From an uncultured virus (IMG/VR IMGVR_UViG_3300030330_002808) (lineage: Duplodnaviria > Heunggongvirae > Uroviricota > Caudoviricetes), in IMG/VR virus record IMGVR_UViG_3300030330_002808, positions 1 to 64,000 of that record: a stretch of 64,000 nt of DNA; one strand, written 5' to 3'. A program made the position numbers and the translations under genes. Under the pieces are notes generated by a model. The model had not been told where the DNA came from. It did not search any database and saw only the letters and a program-made list of their open reading frames with translations. Of this stretch, positions 47,387 through 57,940 are shown in pieces (the stretch's first letter is position 1; each line of letters starts with the position of its first letter).

Positions 47387-47474
47387 TTTGCTCCAAAACT
47401 ATTATATCATCTTTTTGCCTTAATCTACAATGTAAGGTGTTGCATTTATATCACATTTTGCTATATAATAGCTT

Positions 47475-47750
47475 ATGAAGCTTTATCGCGTCCAAGCAAG
47501 ATATAAAAATATGTATTATAATGGGATGCTTGAGGCTAAGAACGATAAGGCTGCTCTTGACACGTTTGCGAATGGCGTTGAGTCAGGGGAAATTAAGGGT
47601 AATGAGGAATCTTTTTATAGTTCTGAAAGACCTATAATAACATTCGAGGAGGTTGATAGAAATGTCTCTACAAGAACTAGTGGCGAAAAAACTTCAGCTG
47701 GAATCCAAATGGGCAACACAAGCGTTGTCTCAGGGCAGAGTAACTCCTGA
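47475..47750 (+). CDS. hypothetical protein
   Basis: TTGCAT...TATAAT promoter-like sequence immediately upstream; possibly leaderless. Confidence 0.6.
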   Translation: MKLYRVQARYKNMYYNGMLEAKNDKAALDTFANGVESGEIKGNEESFYSSERPIITFEEVDRNVSTRTSGEKTSAGIQMGNTSVVSGQSNS

Positions 47751-47850
47751 CATGAAGTGGATCGACATAGAACTAAAAGATGTAAAGGTCAAAATCAATG
47801 ATCAAAGTGTTATTGATGCAAAAGTTGATCTTTTACGAAAAGCAGGTTAA
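47662..47850 (+). CDS. small hypothetical protein
   Basis: GAGGAGG RBS before MSLQELV. Confidence 0.6.
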   Translation: MSLQELVAKKLQLESKWATQALSQGRVTPDMKWIDIELKDVKVKINDQSVIDAKVDLLRKAG

Positions 47851-47902
47851 GCTTTTTAAAAAAACTAATTTTCTTCCTAAGGCTAATGCGCTCTAAATAA
47901 AA

Positions 47903-48379
47903 ATGATCAAAACTCAAATTATAGACGATTGGTTGGAAAAAGATTTAATTAATTTTTTACATACTTTTTTTCTACACACTGCTCCTCATTTTTTTTGTCA
48001 AAGATCTCATTCAGGGGACAAAAACAATTATTTTTATATTTCTAAATTAAACACTTATGAACCATTTAGTCTTTACTTAATAAGTAAATTGAAAAAATTT
48101 TTTAATAAAAATATTTTAATAGATGATGTTTATGCAAATATTCAACATCCAAATATGGAAGGCTCCTTTCATTATGATAAGTGTGATGTTACTTGTTTAT
48201 TAATGGTAAGCGAAAATTTAAAAGAGAAAGGTCAATTTATTATCAAAGATGAAGAAATAATTGAATTTGTTCAAAATAGATTAATAATTTTTGATTCTAA
48301 AAAATTACACAAAGGTGTTGCACCTGTCGAAGGAGTACGGATTTCACTAGCTTTTAAAATAAATTTTGAAAAACATTAA
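47903..48379 (+). CDS. 2OG-Fe(II) oxygenase-like protein
   Basis: FHYD...LHKG...RISLAFK motif. Very AT-rich. Confidence 0.7.
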   Translation: MIKTQIIDDWLEKDLINFLHTFFLHTAPHFFCQRSHSGDKNNYFYISKLNTYEPFSLYLISKLKKFFNKNILIDDVYANIQHPNMEGSFHYDKCDVTCLLMVSENLKEKGQFIIKDEEIIEFVQNRLIIFDSKKLHKGVAPVEGVRISLAFKINFEKH

Positions 48380-48500
48380 AAAGCATTCGTTGTCGCATCT
48401 AGAATTAAACCCCTGCATTAGTGAGTCGTCTACTATTCAATAAAATAAAAAATCAAAAAAACGTCCATGGTATAATAGATAAAAATAAAAAAGGAGAGTT

Positions 48501-48650
48501 ATGTTTTTATGGACACCAAAAATGATTAAAGAGTTAAAAGAACAGGGTCATAAAATAAAATATTATGAATATGATCCTAGACTTAAAGATCAGACGTTTG
48601 AAGAGATTGAAGCTGAAGATCAGGAAGACACTGAGGACACTCAACGCTAA
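48501..48650 (+). CDS. small acidic-tailed protein (49 aa, MFLWTPKMIKELKEQG...)
   Basis: Read by hand. TGGTATAAT extended -10 and AAGGAG RBS. Confidence 0.65.
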   Translation: MFLWTPKMIKELKEQGHKIKYYEYDPRLKDQTFEEIEAEDQEDTEDTQR

Positions 48651-48715
48651 CTTTATGAGTTTCAGATAAATCAAACCAGGTTGTGATTACACGTTTATCA
48701 TCACACCTGGGGCAC

Positions 48716-50590
48716 TTACTCTTTTGCTTCTCCCCAACTTTTCCCAAGTGCAATGTCCACTTTAAATGGGACTTTGAGATATTCGATTGCATTCTCCATC
48801 TCCTTTTTTAAATTAATAATATCATTTTCCTCATTTATAGAAAAGCACAATTCGTCATGGATTTGTAATAATGGTTTGAAACCTTTTTTATGGCAATTAA
48901 TCATAGCTTGTTTTGTTTGATCAGCGGCTGACCCTTGTATTAATCTATTTAAAGCTTTGTATGTAAAGGCTCTTCTAATATTGTTTCCATAAATGGCTTT
49001 AGCCTCTTCGTATTGCATAGCTTTGTTCATTCCAAAGGTAGCAGGCTCCCACATGTTAAATCGGCATTTGCGACCCCTTACTGTTCGAATAAAGCCGTAT
49101 TTTGATGCACTATTAGTTACGGCCTCGGCTAACCTTTTAACAAAAGGCACTCTAGTATGATATTTACTTAATAAACTCTCTGCAGCATCTTTTGATATAC
49201 CTAACTCTCTAGCTAACTTTGCCTTACCCATACCATAAAATAAACCTAAGTTAATTGTTTTTGCATTAGTTCTAGATATTCCAGCCATGTCAGCAACTAT
49301 CTGATGAAAATCAGCTTCGTCACTTTCATATGCTTTTATAAATTCATCAGCTCCAGTAAATGATCCATCAATATCCACAGAGGCAGCGTAGTGAGCAACT
49401 AATCTTGGCTCTTGTTGTGAATAATCAAAACTACCCCATTGTCTACCCTCTTCAGGTAAAAACAAACTTCTTATTTTATTACCGAACTCTTTATTTCTTG
49501 CTGGTATTTGTTGAAGATTTGGATTAGAATAACTTAAACGTCCTGATACAGTTCCGCCCTGGTCAGATCTTAATTGATTAATCTCTGAGTGGATTCTACC
49601 TTTGTGAACGTATCTTTGTATGGAGTCTATGAATGTTGAATGGAATTTATTTATTTCTCTTGCTTCTCGTATTAGTTGCGCTATTGGGTTATCACAGTTC
49701 ACTAACCAATTTTGGGTAAAGCTTGGTTCTCCGGTTTTCGGTGTCCGTGGGTAATCTACACCTATCCTATCAAACACCTGCGCTACAGATCTTGCAGCCC
49801 ATATATCTACGTCTAACGTAGTTTCTTTTTTTATTTTATGTAATACAGTATTTTCTTTACCCTTAAATTCTTTTTTTAATAAATGTGCTTTTTCCTCATC
49901 AACACGTATACCTGTCCTACGCATTTCAATTAAAATAGGAAGCAACTCCATTTCCATATCCCAAACATCATGCAAACTCTGTTTACTTATTTCTGTTTTT
50001 AGATGCTGCCAAAGTTTTAAAGTTAACCCTGCGTCTTGCTCAGCATAAAAACCAACATAACCTGCAGGTAATCTCCATAAATCTTGCTTGGCATCAATAC
50101 CCCACTCTTTAGCCTTTTCATTTAGAAACGTTTCATTTTTTAATTCACCTAACCAATCTTTAGCACAAGCATTTAAACTAAAACTAAACCTATTTTCATC
50201 CACTAAAGCTGCGGCTATCATAGTATCTACAATTTTACCTTTGATTTCAAAACCATTCACAAGCAACCAACCCACATCATAACTTGCATTATGAAATATT
50301 TTTGTTGCGGGTGTTTTTAAAACGTCCTGCATCCATGCTGTGGTTATTCCAAGATCCATGTTACCACCAGCGTCATGCGCTATTGGGAAATACCATTGTT
50401 TGTCAAACGCAGCCACTGCAAACCCCACGATGTGGCCATCAAACGTGGCCCAACCTGAACCCTTACTTTTTAAATTAGGATCTTTAGTTTCTAAATCTAT
50501 TGCTATTTCTTTTGCTTGTGATAAGTCGGGATATTCATTAGGACATACCCAATCGCTATCATTATATATAAAATTTAATTGATGAGTCAT
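48716..50590 (-). CDS. polA: DNA polymerase family A (3'-5' exonuclease plus polymerase)
   Basis: DLETK, FHNASYD, GRLSYSNPNLQQIP, DYSQQEPR, KTINLGLFYG and QIHDEL motifs. Confidence 0.95.
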   Translation of the reverse strand: MTHQLNFIYNDSDWVCPNEYPDLSQAKEIAIDLETKDPNLKSKGSGWATFDGHIVGFAVAAFDKQWYFPIAHDAGGNMDLGITTAWMQDVLKTPATKIFHNASYDVGWLLVNGFEIKGKIVDTMIAAALVDENRFSFSLNACAKDWLGELKNETFLNEKAKEWGIDAKQDLWRLPAGYVGFYAEQDAGLTLKLWQHLKTEISKQSLHDVWDMEMELLPILIEMRRTGIRVDEEKAHLLKKEFKGKENTVLHKIKKETTLDVDIWAARSVAQVFDRIGVDYPRTPKTGEPSFTQNWLVNCDNPIAQLIREAREINKFHSTFIDSIQRYVHKGRIHSEINQLRSDQGGTVSGRLSYSNPNLQQIPARNKEFGNKIRSLFLPEEGRQWGSFDYSQQEPRLVAHYAASVDIDGSFTGADEFIKAYESDEADFHQIVADMAGISRTNAKTINLGLFYGMGKAKLARELGISKDAAESLLSKYHTRVPFVKRLAEAVTNSASKYGFIRTVRGRKCRFNMWEPATFGMNKAMQYEEAKAIYGNNIRRAFTYKALNRLIQGSAADQTKQAMINCHKKGFKPLLQIHDELCFSINEENDIINLKKEMENAIEYLKVPFKVDIALGKSWGEAKE

Positions 50591-50845
50591 TTATTTATTA
50601 TGTAATAACCTACTGTTAATATTATTGCTATCACAATCACACCCACTAAAAACATACCTAGTCCATATCCAAATGTCATTTTTTGTTAGTGAAGTGTTTT
50701 ATTATAGTTAATGGATTTATGCTGACGTTTTCGTTTAGTTGAACGCACGATACGGGGAAGAATATCATTATTAAACATATAACACTCAGCACAATAAATT
50801 TTCTTGTTTTCAACTACAACTCCGTTTCTATCACACTCATCACAT

Positions 50846-51094
50846 TTATTTTTTCTTTGCATCTTTTAATTTTTTAATTTCTAAATCACAATAATGTTTT
50901 ATTTTTTCTAAATCCTCAACTCCATTTTTGTGTTTATATCTACAAACGTATTTTATCACGTTCCCTTGGAAAAACGTGAGCTCATTCTTAGATATAAATT
51001 CAAAGGGTTGAATTGTAAAAAATTTATAGTGTGATCCTCCAATTTGTTTATCCTGTGGAAAAATATCATCAAACATATCTTTATTTGTCATCAT
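50846..51094 (-). CDS. DUF3310-like protein
   Basis: QIGGSHY...GNVIKYVCRYKHKNGVEDLEK motif. Confidence 0.8.
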   Translation of the reverse strand: MMTNKDMFDDIFPQDKQIGGSHYKFFTIQPFEFISKNELTFFQGNVIKYVCRYKHKNGVEDLEKIKHYCDLEIKKLKDAKKK

Positions 51095-51303
51095 TTAAGT
51101 CTCCCTAAAACAGCTAATTTATCCTCTGCTTCTGCTACTTTATTAACTAATTTATCTACTTCATCAATATGTTGTGGATGCTCGCCTATACCTACTGGTT
51201 TTTCTAAATATATATTTATTGTAGTTTTTGCCTCTGATATTTGTGCATTATATCTCTTTGTTAATGCGTCTAGTATTTCTTTTTTAAACATAATTTGCCT
51301 CAT
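51091..51303 (-). CDS. small phage protein
   Basis: YLEKPVGIGEHP motif. Confidence 0.65.
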   Translation of the reverse strand: MRQIMFKKEILDALTKRYNAQISEAKTTINIYLEKPVGIGEHPQHIDEVDKLVNKVAEAEDKLAVLGRLK

Positions 51304-52894
51304 ATAAATTAAAATATTTTCCCAATGGAAAATGATATTGATGGTATGTGCCTAACAAATGTAAAGTTTTTTTAGTCCTTGTTGCTCCTGTATACCAAAC
51401 TCTAAGTTCTTTTACTTTTTCTGTTAAACTTTTTTTATCGTAGTGAGACGGAAAATTACATTTACTTGCAAGAACAACATTTTCAGCTTCTCCACCTTTT
51501 ACTTGATGTATTGTATCTATAATAATTTTAGGAGGTAAATTTAAGTCAACTCCTTCATTCATTAATCTGTAGAAGTATTTTTTATCTTTTTCCTTAAATT
51601 TTCTTTTAAATGCTTGTTTCCATGAAGATTTTTCGTCTCGCATACCACATCTTAAATGTAATTCATCAAAAGTAAACACTTGATTTGGGTGGGCAAACGA
51701 CCATTTTTTGCTGTCCTGTGACCGGTATCCGTGGTCAATATTCAACAAATACTCATACATCACACAGGCCTCTTCACGGTTTATGCTACCACCGTCAACT
51801 ATTTTTTCCCAATACTGTATAGCTAAGAACTGATTCGGATCAAATGATTTGTTATTTTTAACATCTTGAAAATATAAACCTAGATTTTTAGCCTCCTCTT
51901 GTAATTCTTTTTTTACATCGTTTATTCTCGCTAAGACCATCCAACTACCCTCTAGGTCCCAAGGTATCTTTTTTAAATTGTTCCAACGATAAATCTTTCC
52001 GTCTTTACCATTAGAATAAAATTCTTTTTGCACCCTATTATCGCCCATAGAATGTAACAAACATTTAGAAAAGAAGTGCACGTTCTTATTTAATCTTACT
52101 GATTTTTTTAAAACCAAGGATTTACCAGGAAACGTTTGAAATAAAGTTACATCAGCACCATTCCATTCATAGATAGCTTGATCATCGTCTCCTGCAATAT
52201 ACACTCTATCAACTTGTTTAGCTATCTTGACAACCATATCCCATTGTAAAGGAGTAAGATCTTGTGCTTCATCCACCATCAATACTTTAAAAGGTATTAC
52301 TAATCCTTTTGTAATATATCTTTCAACCATATCGGTAAAATCTAATCTGTCCGGTGTTCGTTCTCCTGTTTCAAGTTCCATAGTTTTAAATTCTTCGTAA
52401 CCATTTATAATTGATTTGAATTGTTGTAATCTAACAGCTTTTCTAGTTTGTTGTTTATACAACCATACAGGATCAACTTTCATATTTCTTGCTCTATCAT
52501 AAATTTGTAAGGACCAATTGTTAAATACTTTTTGATCATCCCACGTGTCTTTATATTTTACTTTCACAGTTCCATACTGTGTATGAAACATAAGTAGATC
52601 TGCCTTTGGATCTAGAACGGGAATCTCAGCAAACTGTTGTCTGGCCAAAGAATGTAACGTTCTAAAATACTTGAAGTCATCTTCGTCATAATTGGTAAAT
52701 CTTTTTCTGACTCTTGCAACACACTCATCAACTGCTTTGTTGGTAAATGATATGTAACAGATTTCATCGGGAGAGTAACCTTGTTTAAGATAACGCTGGA
52801 CTCTCTTGAGTAAATTTTCAGTTTTTCCAGTTCCTGGGGGTCCAAATATTTTAATTGTCTTCCCACGCAGCTTTCTTTTTAGTAAATTTGACAT
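51284..52894 (-). CDS. UvrD/Rep-like SF1 helicase
   Basis: GPPGTGKT, VDEAQD, GDDDQAIY, TIHQVKGGE and YTGATR motifs. Confidence 0.92.
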   Translation of the reverse strand: MSNLLKRKLRGKTIKIFGPPGTGKTENLLKRVQRYLKQGYSPDEICYISFTNKAVDECVARVRKRFTNYDEDDFKYFRTLHSLARQQFAEIPVLDPKADLLMFHTQYGTVKVKYKDTWDDQKVFNNWSLQIYDRARNMKVDPVWLYKQQTRKAVRLQQFKSIINGYEEFKTMELETGERTPDRLDFTDMVERYITKGLVIPFKVLMVDEAQDLTPLQWDMVVKIAKQVDRVYIAGDDDQAIYEWNGADVTLFQTFPGKSLVLKKSVRLNKNVHFFSKCLLHSMGDNRVQKEFYSNGKDGKIYRWNNLKKIPWDLEGSWMVLARINDVKKELQEEAKNLGLYFQDVKNNKSFDPNQFLAIQYWEKIVDGGSINREEACVMYEYLLNIDHGYRSQDSKKWSFAHPNQVFTFDELHLRCGMRDEKSSWKQAFKRKFKEKDKKYFYRLMNEGVDLNLPPKIIIDTIHQVKGGEAENVVLASKCNFPSHYDKKSLTEKVKELRVWYTGATRTKKTLHLLGTYHQYHFPLGKYFNLYEANYV

Positions 52895-54422
52895 CTTTAT
52901 TTTTGTGCTCTATTTGCTTTGGTAAAGCAACCAACCAATGTCTTGAGTCTAAGTTTTGAAATTTCTTTTTTGGTTGTGCTCCGCCTTGTTCTAAAAATCT
53001 TGTGCATTCTTTTTCATTCCAGTTATAACCCATTTTTTTCATAAATGATCTAAATGTCTCTAATTTAAATCTCATTGACATATCGTCTTTCCAAATGTTT
53101 CCAGAATCTATTTGATCAAACTCTGTAGTATCCTCAACATCTTCCAAAAATCTTGCCATTCTAGAATTAAACACATCTTCTCTTTCTTCTCCTGCATCAT
53201 ACCCTTCCATATCTTGTTTATTAGATATTAACTCATCTAACCAATCCCTATAAGGATCGGGGTCTCTTTTAGTAGGTTTTAATGGTCTCCATACTATGTC
53301 AAAATTTAACAATTGCTCACCAAGTAATTGTTGTTGATAAAGTTGTTTAGTTGAAAGTCTAATAGATTTACCTTGTATGGGAAGTATCCAATAAGGTTCG
53401 GGATAAGAATTAACTTTTAATAACTTACCAACCTCAGGCAAAGCCTCATTAGCTCCTATTCCTAATTTTCTTTTTATACATTCACTAGATACACAATGCA
53501 TTCTTGCTATAGATGTTTTACATTTATAGGCATAATCTTTATTTTCTACCCCCTTAAAAATTGCTTGAAGTTCTTTCGGATGTAACTTTTCAGAACAAAC
53601 TTTGGGCATCATTTCTCTTGTCCACTCTTCATACATAATAGGATCGGGATTAATTTTTTTAGCTAATACTGCAACGTTAAACATTGCATCATTTCTACCT
53701 TCACCTTTTTGTACCTTATTTTTCATAAAATTAATTACACAAGGTGGATAATCTTTTGTTTCATCATCTTGGAAAATTTTAATTTTTTTAAATTCTATTG
53801 GAGTTACCCTAAATGTTTTTACAAATTCGTATAAATCTTCTAATTTTATTGAGTTACCATCATTATCCATAGCAACTCTTGTTGTCATATTTGCTTTTTG
53901 GTAAGGTAAATTTACAAAATTACCTTTTCTTTTTTCGTCCCATTTTTCAGGAGTTAAATCTACTTCATCTTGTGCTGGGAAAATATCAGTTGTGGTATCG
54001 TTAATGCCTAGATCAGAGGCTATTTCAATTAATTTTTTTCTCATAGAAGATGCTGGTACAACACCATCTATGTGTAGTATTAAATGCAATCCATTAGATT
54101 TAGATCTATATGGTACTAGTGGGTATCTCCTTTTACGAATTGTCGATATAACTTCCTTATGCTGTATATTATAACGATCAACATCGATGACCCCCCAATT
54201 GCATGTATTATCATCTCGAATGGGAACACTCCCATAATATGCTTCTCCTTTTAAATGTTGTTTCCAATGATCCGTTGTCATTGAAGAAGGTTCTAACCAA
54301 TGTTTGAATTCTGCTTTACCTTTAGAATTTTTTTTTCCTGTAGGCTTAGAAACTCCAAAATATGTATTTGAGCCCTGGAAGAGTTCTATAAACTCCTCCA
54401 GGGTTTTGTCAAGTAGGTCCAT
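52851..54422 (-). CDS. archaeo-eukaryotic-type primase with PriCT-like domain
   Basis: WGVIDVD, RSKSNGLH, GNFVNLPY, PPC and GEGRND motifs. Confidence 0.8.
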   Translation of the reverse strand: MDLLDKTLEEFIELFQGSNTYFGVSKPTGKKNSKGKAEFKHWLEPSSMTTDHWKQHLKGEAYYGSVPIRDDNTCNWGVIDVDRYNIQHKEVISTIRKRRYPLVPYRSKSNGLHLILHIDGVVPASSMRKKLIEIASDLGINDTTTDIFPAQDEVDLTPEKWDEKRKGNFVNLPYQKANMTTRVAMDNDGNSIKLEDLYEFVKTFRVTPIEFKKIKIFQDDETKDYPPCVINFMKNKVQKGEGRNDAMFNVAVLAKKINPDPIMYEEWTREMMPKVCSEKLHPKELQAIFKGVENKDYAYKCKTSIARMHCVSSECIKRKLGIGANEALPEVGKLLKVNSYPEPYWILPIQGKSIRLSTKQLYQQQLLGEQLLNFDIVWRPLKPTKRDPDPYRDWLDELISNKQDMEGYDAGEEREDVFNSRMARFLEDVEDTTEFDQIDSGNIWKDDMSMRFKLETFRSFMKKMGYNWNEKECTRFLEQGGAQPKKKFQNLDSRHWLVALPKQIEHKNKDVKFTKKKAAWEDN

Positions 54423-54425
54423 AAA

Positions 54426-55238
54426 CTAGAACGGTGTTTTTGGTGCCTGTTCTTCTTGTTGATGAGATACTCTTACAGCTCCCTTTTTACAGCTTTCGTA
54501 AAATTCGTAAGCCATTTTCATAACATCTTCGTTAGGTACTGTACCTTGATGTTCTATTTCCCAACCAAACCATGATCCCTTTGCATTTTTTTCTAATACA
54601 GTTTTCATAATGAATAGTTGAGTGAATGGTGCAGGTCTAAAATGACCCTTACCGTTTGCTCTCTTTTGTCTTAGTGCCATCATCATAGAATTCCACTTCT
54701 TAGATTTTTTTCTTTGAGTGGATTTCATTGTTACGAGTGCTGTTGAGTTTTTATCCTCTTCGCAAATCATAATGTAGTGTGATGCAGTTTCTTCAATATA
54801 ATTACCATTAGGTAATCTATCTTTACCATCATCACCTCTAGTGGTTTTAGACATAATATCCGAATCAGCTGGATAAACATTTACGGGTGCGGCTGCACCT
54901 TTATCACGATCCTGCCATTCTAGATACTCAAGTTTATAGTAACAAGGTATTACTGATATGCCTTTAGCACCATCATATAATTCATCTGTTACTGTGTTGT
55001 AAATCATTCCTGCTTTCGCTTGTGGAATGAATGCACTATCGCCCTGTGTAACTTGTGGTGATAGTTGTCCCAACACCTTAAGAAATGGTAATGCTAAACT
55101 TTTTGAGTCTACATTATCAAATCCCGTATCTGCAAATTGTTCAATATTAACATTTGCAATTGCGCCAGTCTTTTTTACGTCTACGTTAGTACCTGTCACT
55201 GGTTCTTCTTTCATCTTCACGTTACTCTTTATTGACAT
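54426..55238 (-). CDS. putative ssDNA-binding/recombination protein
   Basis: LPFLKVL..LSPQV...MKSTQ.K.SKKWN. C-terminal PF; replication cluster. Confidence 0.55.
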   Translation of the reverse strand: MSIKSNVKMKEEPVTGTNVDVKKTGAIANVNIEQFADTGFDNVDSKSLALPFLKVLGQLSPQVTQGDSAFIPQAKAGMIYNTVTDELYDGAKGISVIPCYYKLEYLEWQDRDKGAAAPVNVYPADSDIMSKTTRGDDGKDRLPNGNYIEETASHYIMICEEDKNSTALVTMKSTQRKKSKKWNSMMMALRQKRANGKGHFRPAPFTQLFIMKTVLEKNAKGSWFGWEIEHQGTVPNEDVMKMAYEFYESCKKGAVRVSHQQEEQAPKTPF

Positions 55239-55240
55239 TT

Positions 55241-55798
55241 TTACTCCTTGATTGTTATTTTAGTTTTATTTGCGATGTATACTCCAAACAAATCAAAAGG
55301 TAATTTTTTTCCACCTTCAACTTGTTCCCTTACAAAAGCTTTCAAAGTCATGGGCTCCACTTTTTCTTTTTTATTATAAGTAAAGTTATGTTCCTCACAA
55401 ACTTTAATAAGTTCTGCAACTTGATTGTCCTGCCCTCTGTTAAAAGAAGCAGTAACGGTATTTTTAATCAGATCTTCATAACCGTTATCTCGCAACCAAC
55501 CAAATGCTTCGTCCACTCTAGACTCAGGAATTTTAGCAGCGTAAAATGGTTTTACTTCTACCTGTGAACCATCACTTAATTTAAGTAATGATACACCTGA
55601 TTCCTGCATCATTTCAGGAATAACTCTCTCTTCCAAATCTCGAATATCAAATTTGAGTTTGTTAAGTTGTTCTTCCTTATCTTTGAATGTGCGTTGGAGA
55701 TCTTTGAGTTTTTGACATTTTTCAGAAATTGATTTTACATTTTCTTGACTAATGTCAATGGATGACATTTTTTCTATATCCATATTTTCCTCCTGCAC
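55241..55798 (-). CDS. replication-cluster protein
   Basis: IPEMM...AFGWLRDNGYEDLIKN...MTLKAFVREQ pattern. Confidence 0.65.
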   Translation of the reverse strand: MQEENMDIEKMSSIDISQENVKSISEKCQKLKDLQRTFKDKEEQLNKLKFDIRDLEERVIPEMMQESGVSLLKLSDGSQVEVKPFYAAKIPESRVDEAFGWLRDNGYEDLIKNTVTASFNRGQDNQVAELIKVCEEHNFTYNKKEKVEPMTLKAFVREQVEGGKKLPFDLFGVYIANKTKITIKE

Positions 55799-55852
55799 GA
55801 CTCTTAAATTATCTTCTTGAATTTTGCAAATAAAAAATTATAAATATTTTAG

Positions 55853-57280
55853 ATGTGGAAATACCCTTACAAAACAAAACCCTACGAACATCAACGTAGT
55901 GCATTAAATCAATCTGCTAATCAAAAAGAATGGGCATATTTTATGGAAATGGGCACAGGTAAAACAAAAGTAACCATTGATAATTTTGCTTACTTGTATT
56001 TTACAAAGAAAATTAAAGCAGTTTTAATTATTGCACCTAAATCTGTATACACTATATGGGAGAATGAGATACAAATTCACTTACCAAATGAAATAAAATA
56101 TAAAATATATAAGTGGAATATTGATAAACCTAAAGATTACGTGGGTTTAAATAAATCACAAGACTTTAGAATCTTTCTAATTAACGTAGAAGCATTATCA
56201 ACTAAAAGGGGATTAGATGCTTGTGTAGATTATTTATCTAAAAATACATCAAATTTTGTAGTATTGGATGAATCAACAACCATAAAAAATAGAACAGCAA
56301 AAAGATCAAGAAACATTTTAAAATTAAGATCATTGTCCCATATAAGACGTATCCTAACAGGATCACCAATAACAAAATCTCCATTAGATTTATATACACA
56401 ATGTCAATTTTTAAATCCACAACTTTTAGGGTTTACTAGTTATTTAACTTTTAGAAATAGATATGCAGAAATGGGTGATATTCCTGTTGGCTCAGGTAGG
56501 TTTATATCAATACCTAAATACTACAAAAGATTAGATGAATTAGAAGATAAATTAAAAACATTTTCAACTAGGATAAGAAAAGATCAATGTTTAGATTTAA
56601 AACCAAAAATAAGGCAAAAAAGATATATTGATTTAGAAGGAGATAATAAAACATTATATGAAAGACTTAGAGTTCACGCATTAGCTATAGTAGAAAACAG
56701 CACTATCTCTTTTTCTAATAAACTAACTGAGATAATAAAACTTCATCAAGTATGCAATGGATTTACCAAAAATGATGATGGTGAAATAATGCAATTACAT
56801 AAACAAAAGTTAAACGCTTTAGAAGAAATAATAGATGAAACTGATGGTAAGATAATTGTTTTTGCTAATTATATTTATAACATAAATGAGATTGTTGCAT
56901 TTTTGCAACACAAATATGGCAAAAATAGCACAGTAAGTATATATGGTGCTGTAAATGTTGAGGATAGAACTAATGCGGTAAAAAGAATACAAGAGGATAA
57001 AAACACAAGATTTATAGTAATTAATCCAACAACTGGGGGTTTTGGTCTAACTCTTACTGCTTGTAATACTGTAATATATTTCTCAAATAATTATAATTTA
57101 GAGGTACGAATGCAATCTGAAGATAGAGCCCATAGAATGGGCCAAAAGGGTTCAGTTGTGTATATTGATATTGTGGCTAGAAATACTTTAGATGAGGCCA
57201 TTATGAAGTCCTTAATCAATAAAGGCAAAATTGCGGCAAAAACTTTGGGAGAAGAAGACTTAAGAAGCTGGTTGTTGTAG
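55853..57280 (+). CDS. SNF2-family helicase
   Basis: MEMGTGKT, LDEST, LTGSP, GGFGLTL and QSEDRAHRMGQ motifs. Confidence 0.92.
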   Translation: MWKYPYKTKPYEHQRSALNQSANQKEWAYFMEMGTGKTKVTIDNFAYLYFTKKIKAVLIIAPKSVYTIWENEIQIHLPNEIKYKIYKWNIDKPKDYVGLNKSQDFRIFLINVEALSTKRGLDACVDYLSKNTSNFVVLDESTTIKNRTAKRSRNILKLRSLSHIRRILTGSPITKSPLDLYTQCQFLNPQLLGFTSYLTFRNRYAEMGDIPVGSGRFISIPKYYKRLDELEDKLKTFSTRIRKDQCLDLKPKIRQKRYIDLEGDNKTLYERLRVHALAIVENSTISFSNKLTEIIKLHQVCNGFTKNDDGEIMQLHKQKLNALEEIIDETDGKIIVFANYIYNINEIVAFLQHKYGKNSTVSIYGAVNVEDRTNAVKRIQEDKNTRFIVINPTTGGFGLTLTACNTVIYFSNNYNLEVRMQSEDRAHRMGQKGSVVYIDIVARNTLDEAIMKSLINKGKIAAKTLGEEDLRSWLL

Positions 57281-57928
57281 TTTGTTAAATTTTTCTAATC
57301 TACTCAAAAACTTATCTCCGTATTCCTTCAAATCAGCCTCTGAGAGCTTAAACTCTTGATATTTGAGGTCACGGGTGCAAATAGCTATTACCCCCTGCTC
57401 TATGGGGCCGTAATTGGCTGTATGGGCTAAATAATAGGCACCCAATTGATGTTTGTAATCATCAACCCACTCTTCCTTTTTTGGTCTATTAGATTGTTTC
57501 CAATCGATAATACTTGGTTTTCCATAGGCTACAGCCGTTAAATCACAAGTTCCAGCGAATTTGTTTTGATATTCAAGACTAACTTCATTACCCCAAACCT
57601 CATCAATTTTGATATTGTCCAAAATGGTTTTCGCCATCATCCTTGGTTTTGTTCCTTCGTCCATCATATTGTAATAACCTTGGCCAGTAAGATAATACTC
57701 TAAAACTTTATGCATTTCTGTTCCAACTGTTGAGGCCTGATTCATTATTCTATTTGCCTCCTCATTACCAACTCTTCTACGCCAATCATTTAATTGTGTC
57801 ATATCTTTTGTTGCGGATAATATTGTAGTTACACTTGGAACTTTAATATTATCTACTAAATACTTTCTACCGTTTGTGTCTGAAAATCTATTGTAATGTT
57901 TGTATGAATATTTTTTGAGAAGTTTCAT
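57260..57928 (-). CDS. PD-(D/E)XK exonuclease
   Basis: PSVTTIL, GTEMH, AGTCD, IIDWK and QLGAY motifs. Confidence 0.85.
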   Translation of the reverse strand: MKLLKKYSYKHYNRFSDTNGRKYLVDNIKVPSVTTILSATKDMTQLNDWRRRVGNEEANRIMNQASTVGTEMHKVLEYYLTGQGYYNMMDEGTKPRMMAKTILDNIKIDEVWGNEVSLEYQNKFAGTCDLTAVAYGKPSIIDWKQSNRPKKEEWVDDYKHQLGAYYLAHTANYGPIEQGVIAICTRDLKYQEFKLSEADLKEYGDKFLSRLEKFNKLQQPAS

Positions 57929-57940
57929 GTAGCATTGATA

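Noticed and set aside
48380..48440. tRNA/tmRNA-like element (GGGGTTTAATTC on the minus strand)
   Set aside because: No T-stem pairing or cloverleaf could be built.
57260..57928. Exonuclease as Cas4
   Set aside because: It lacks the four-Cys Fe-S pattern and sits in the replication cluster, so it is an ordinary phage PD-(D/E)XK exonuclease.
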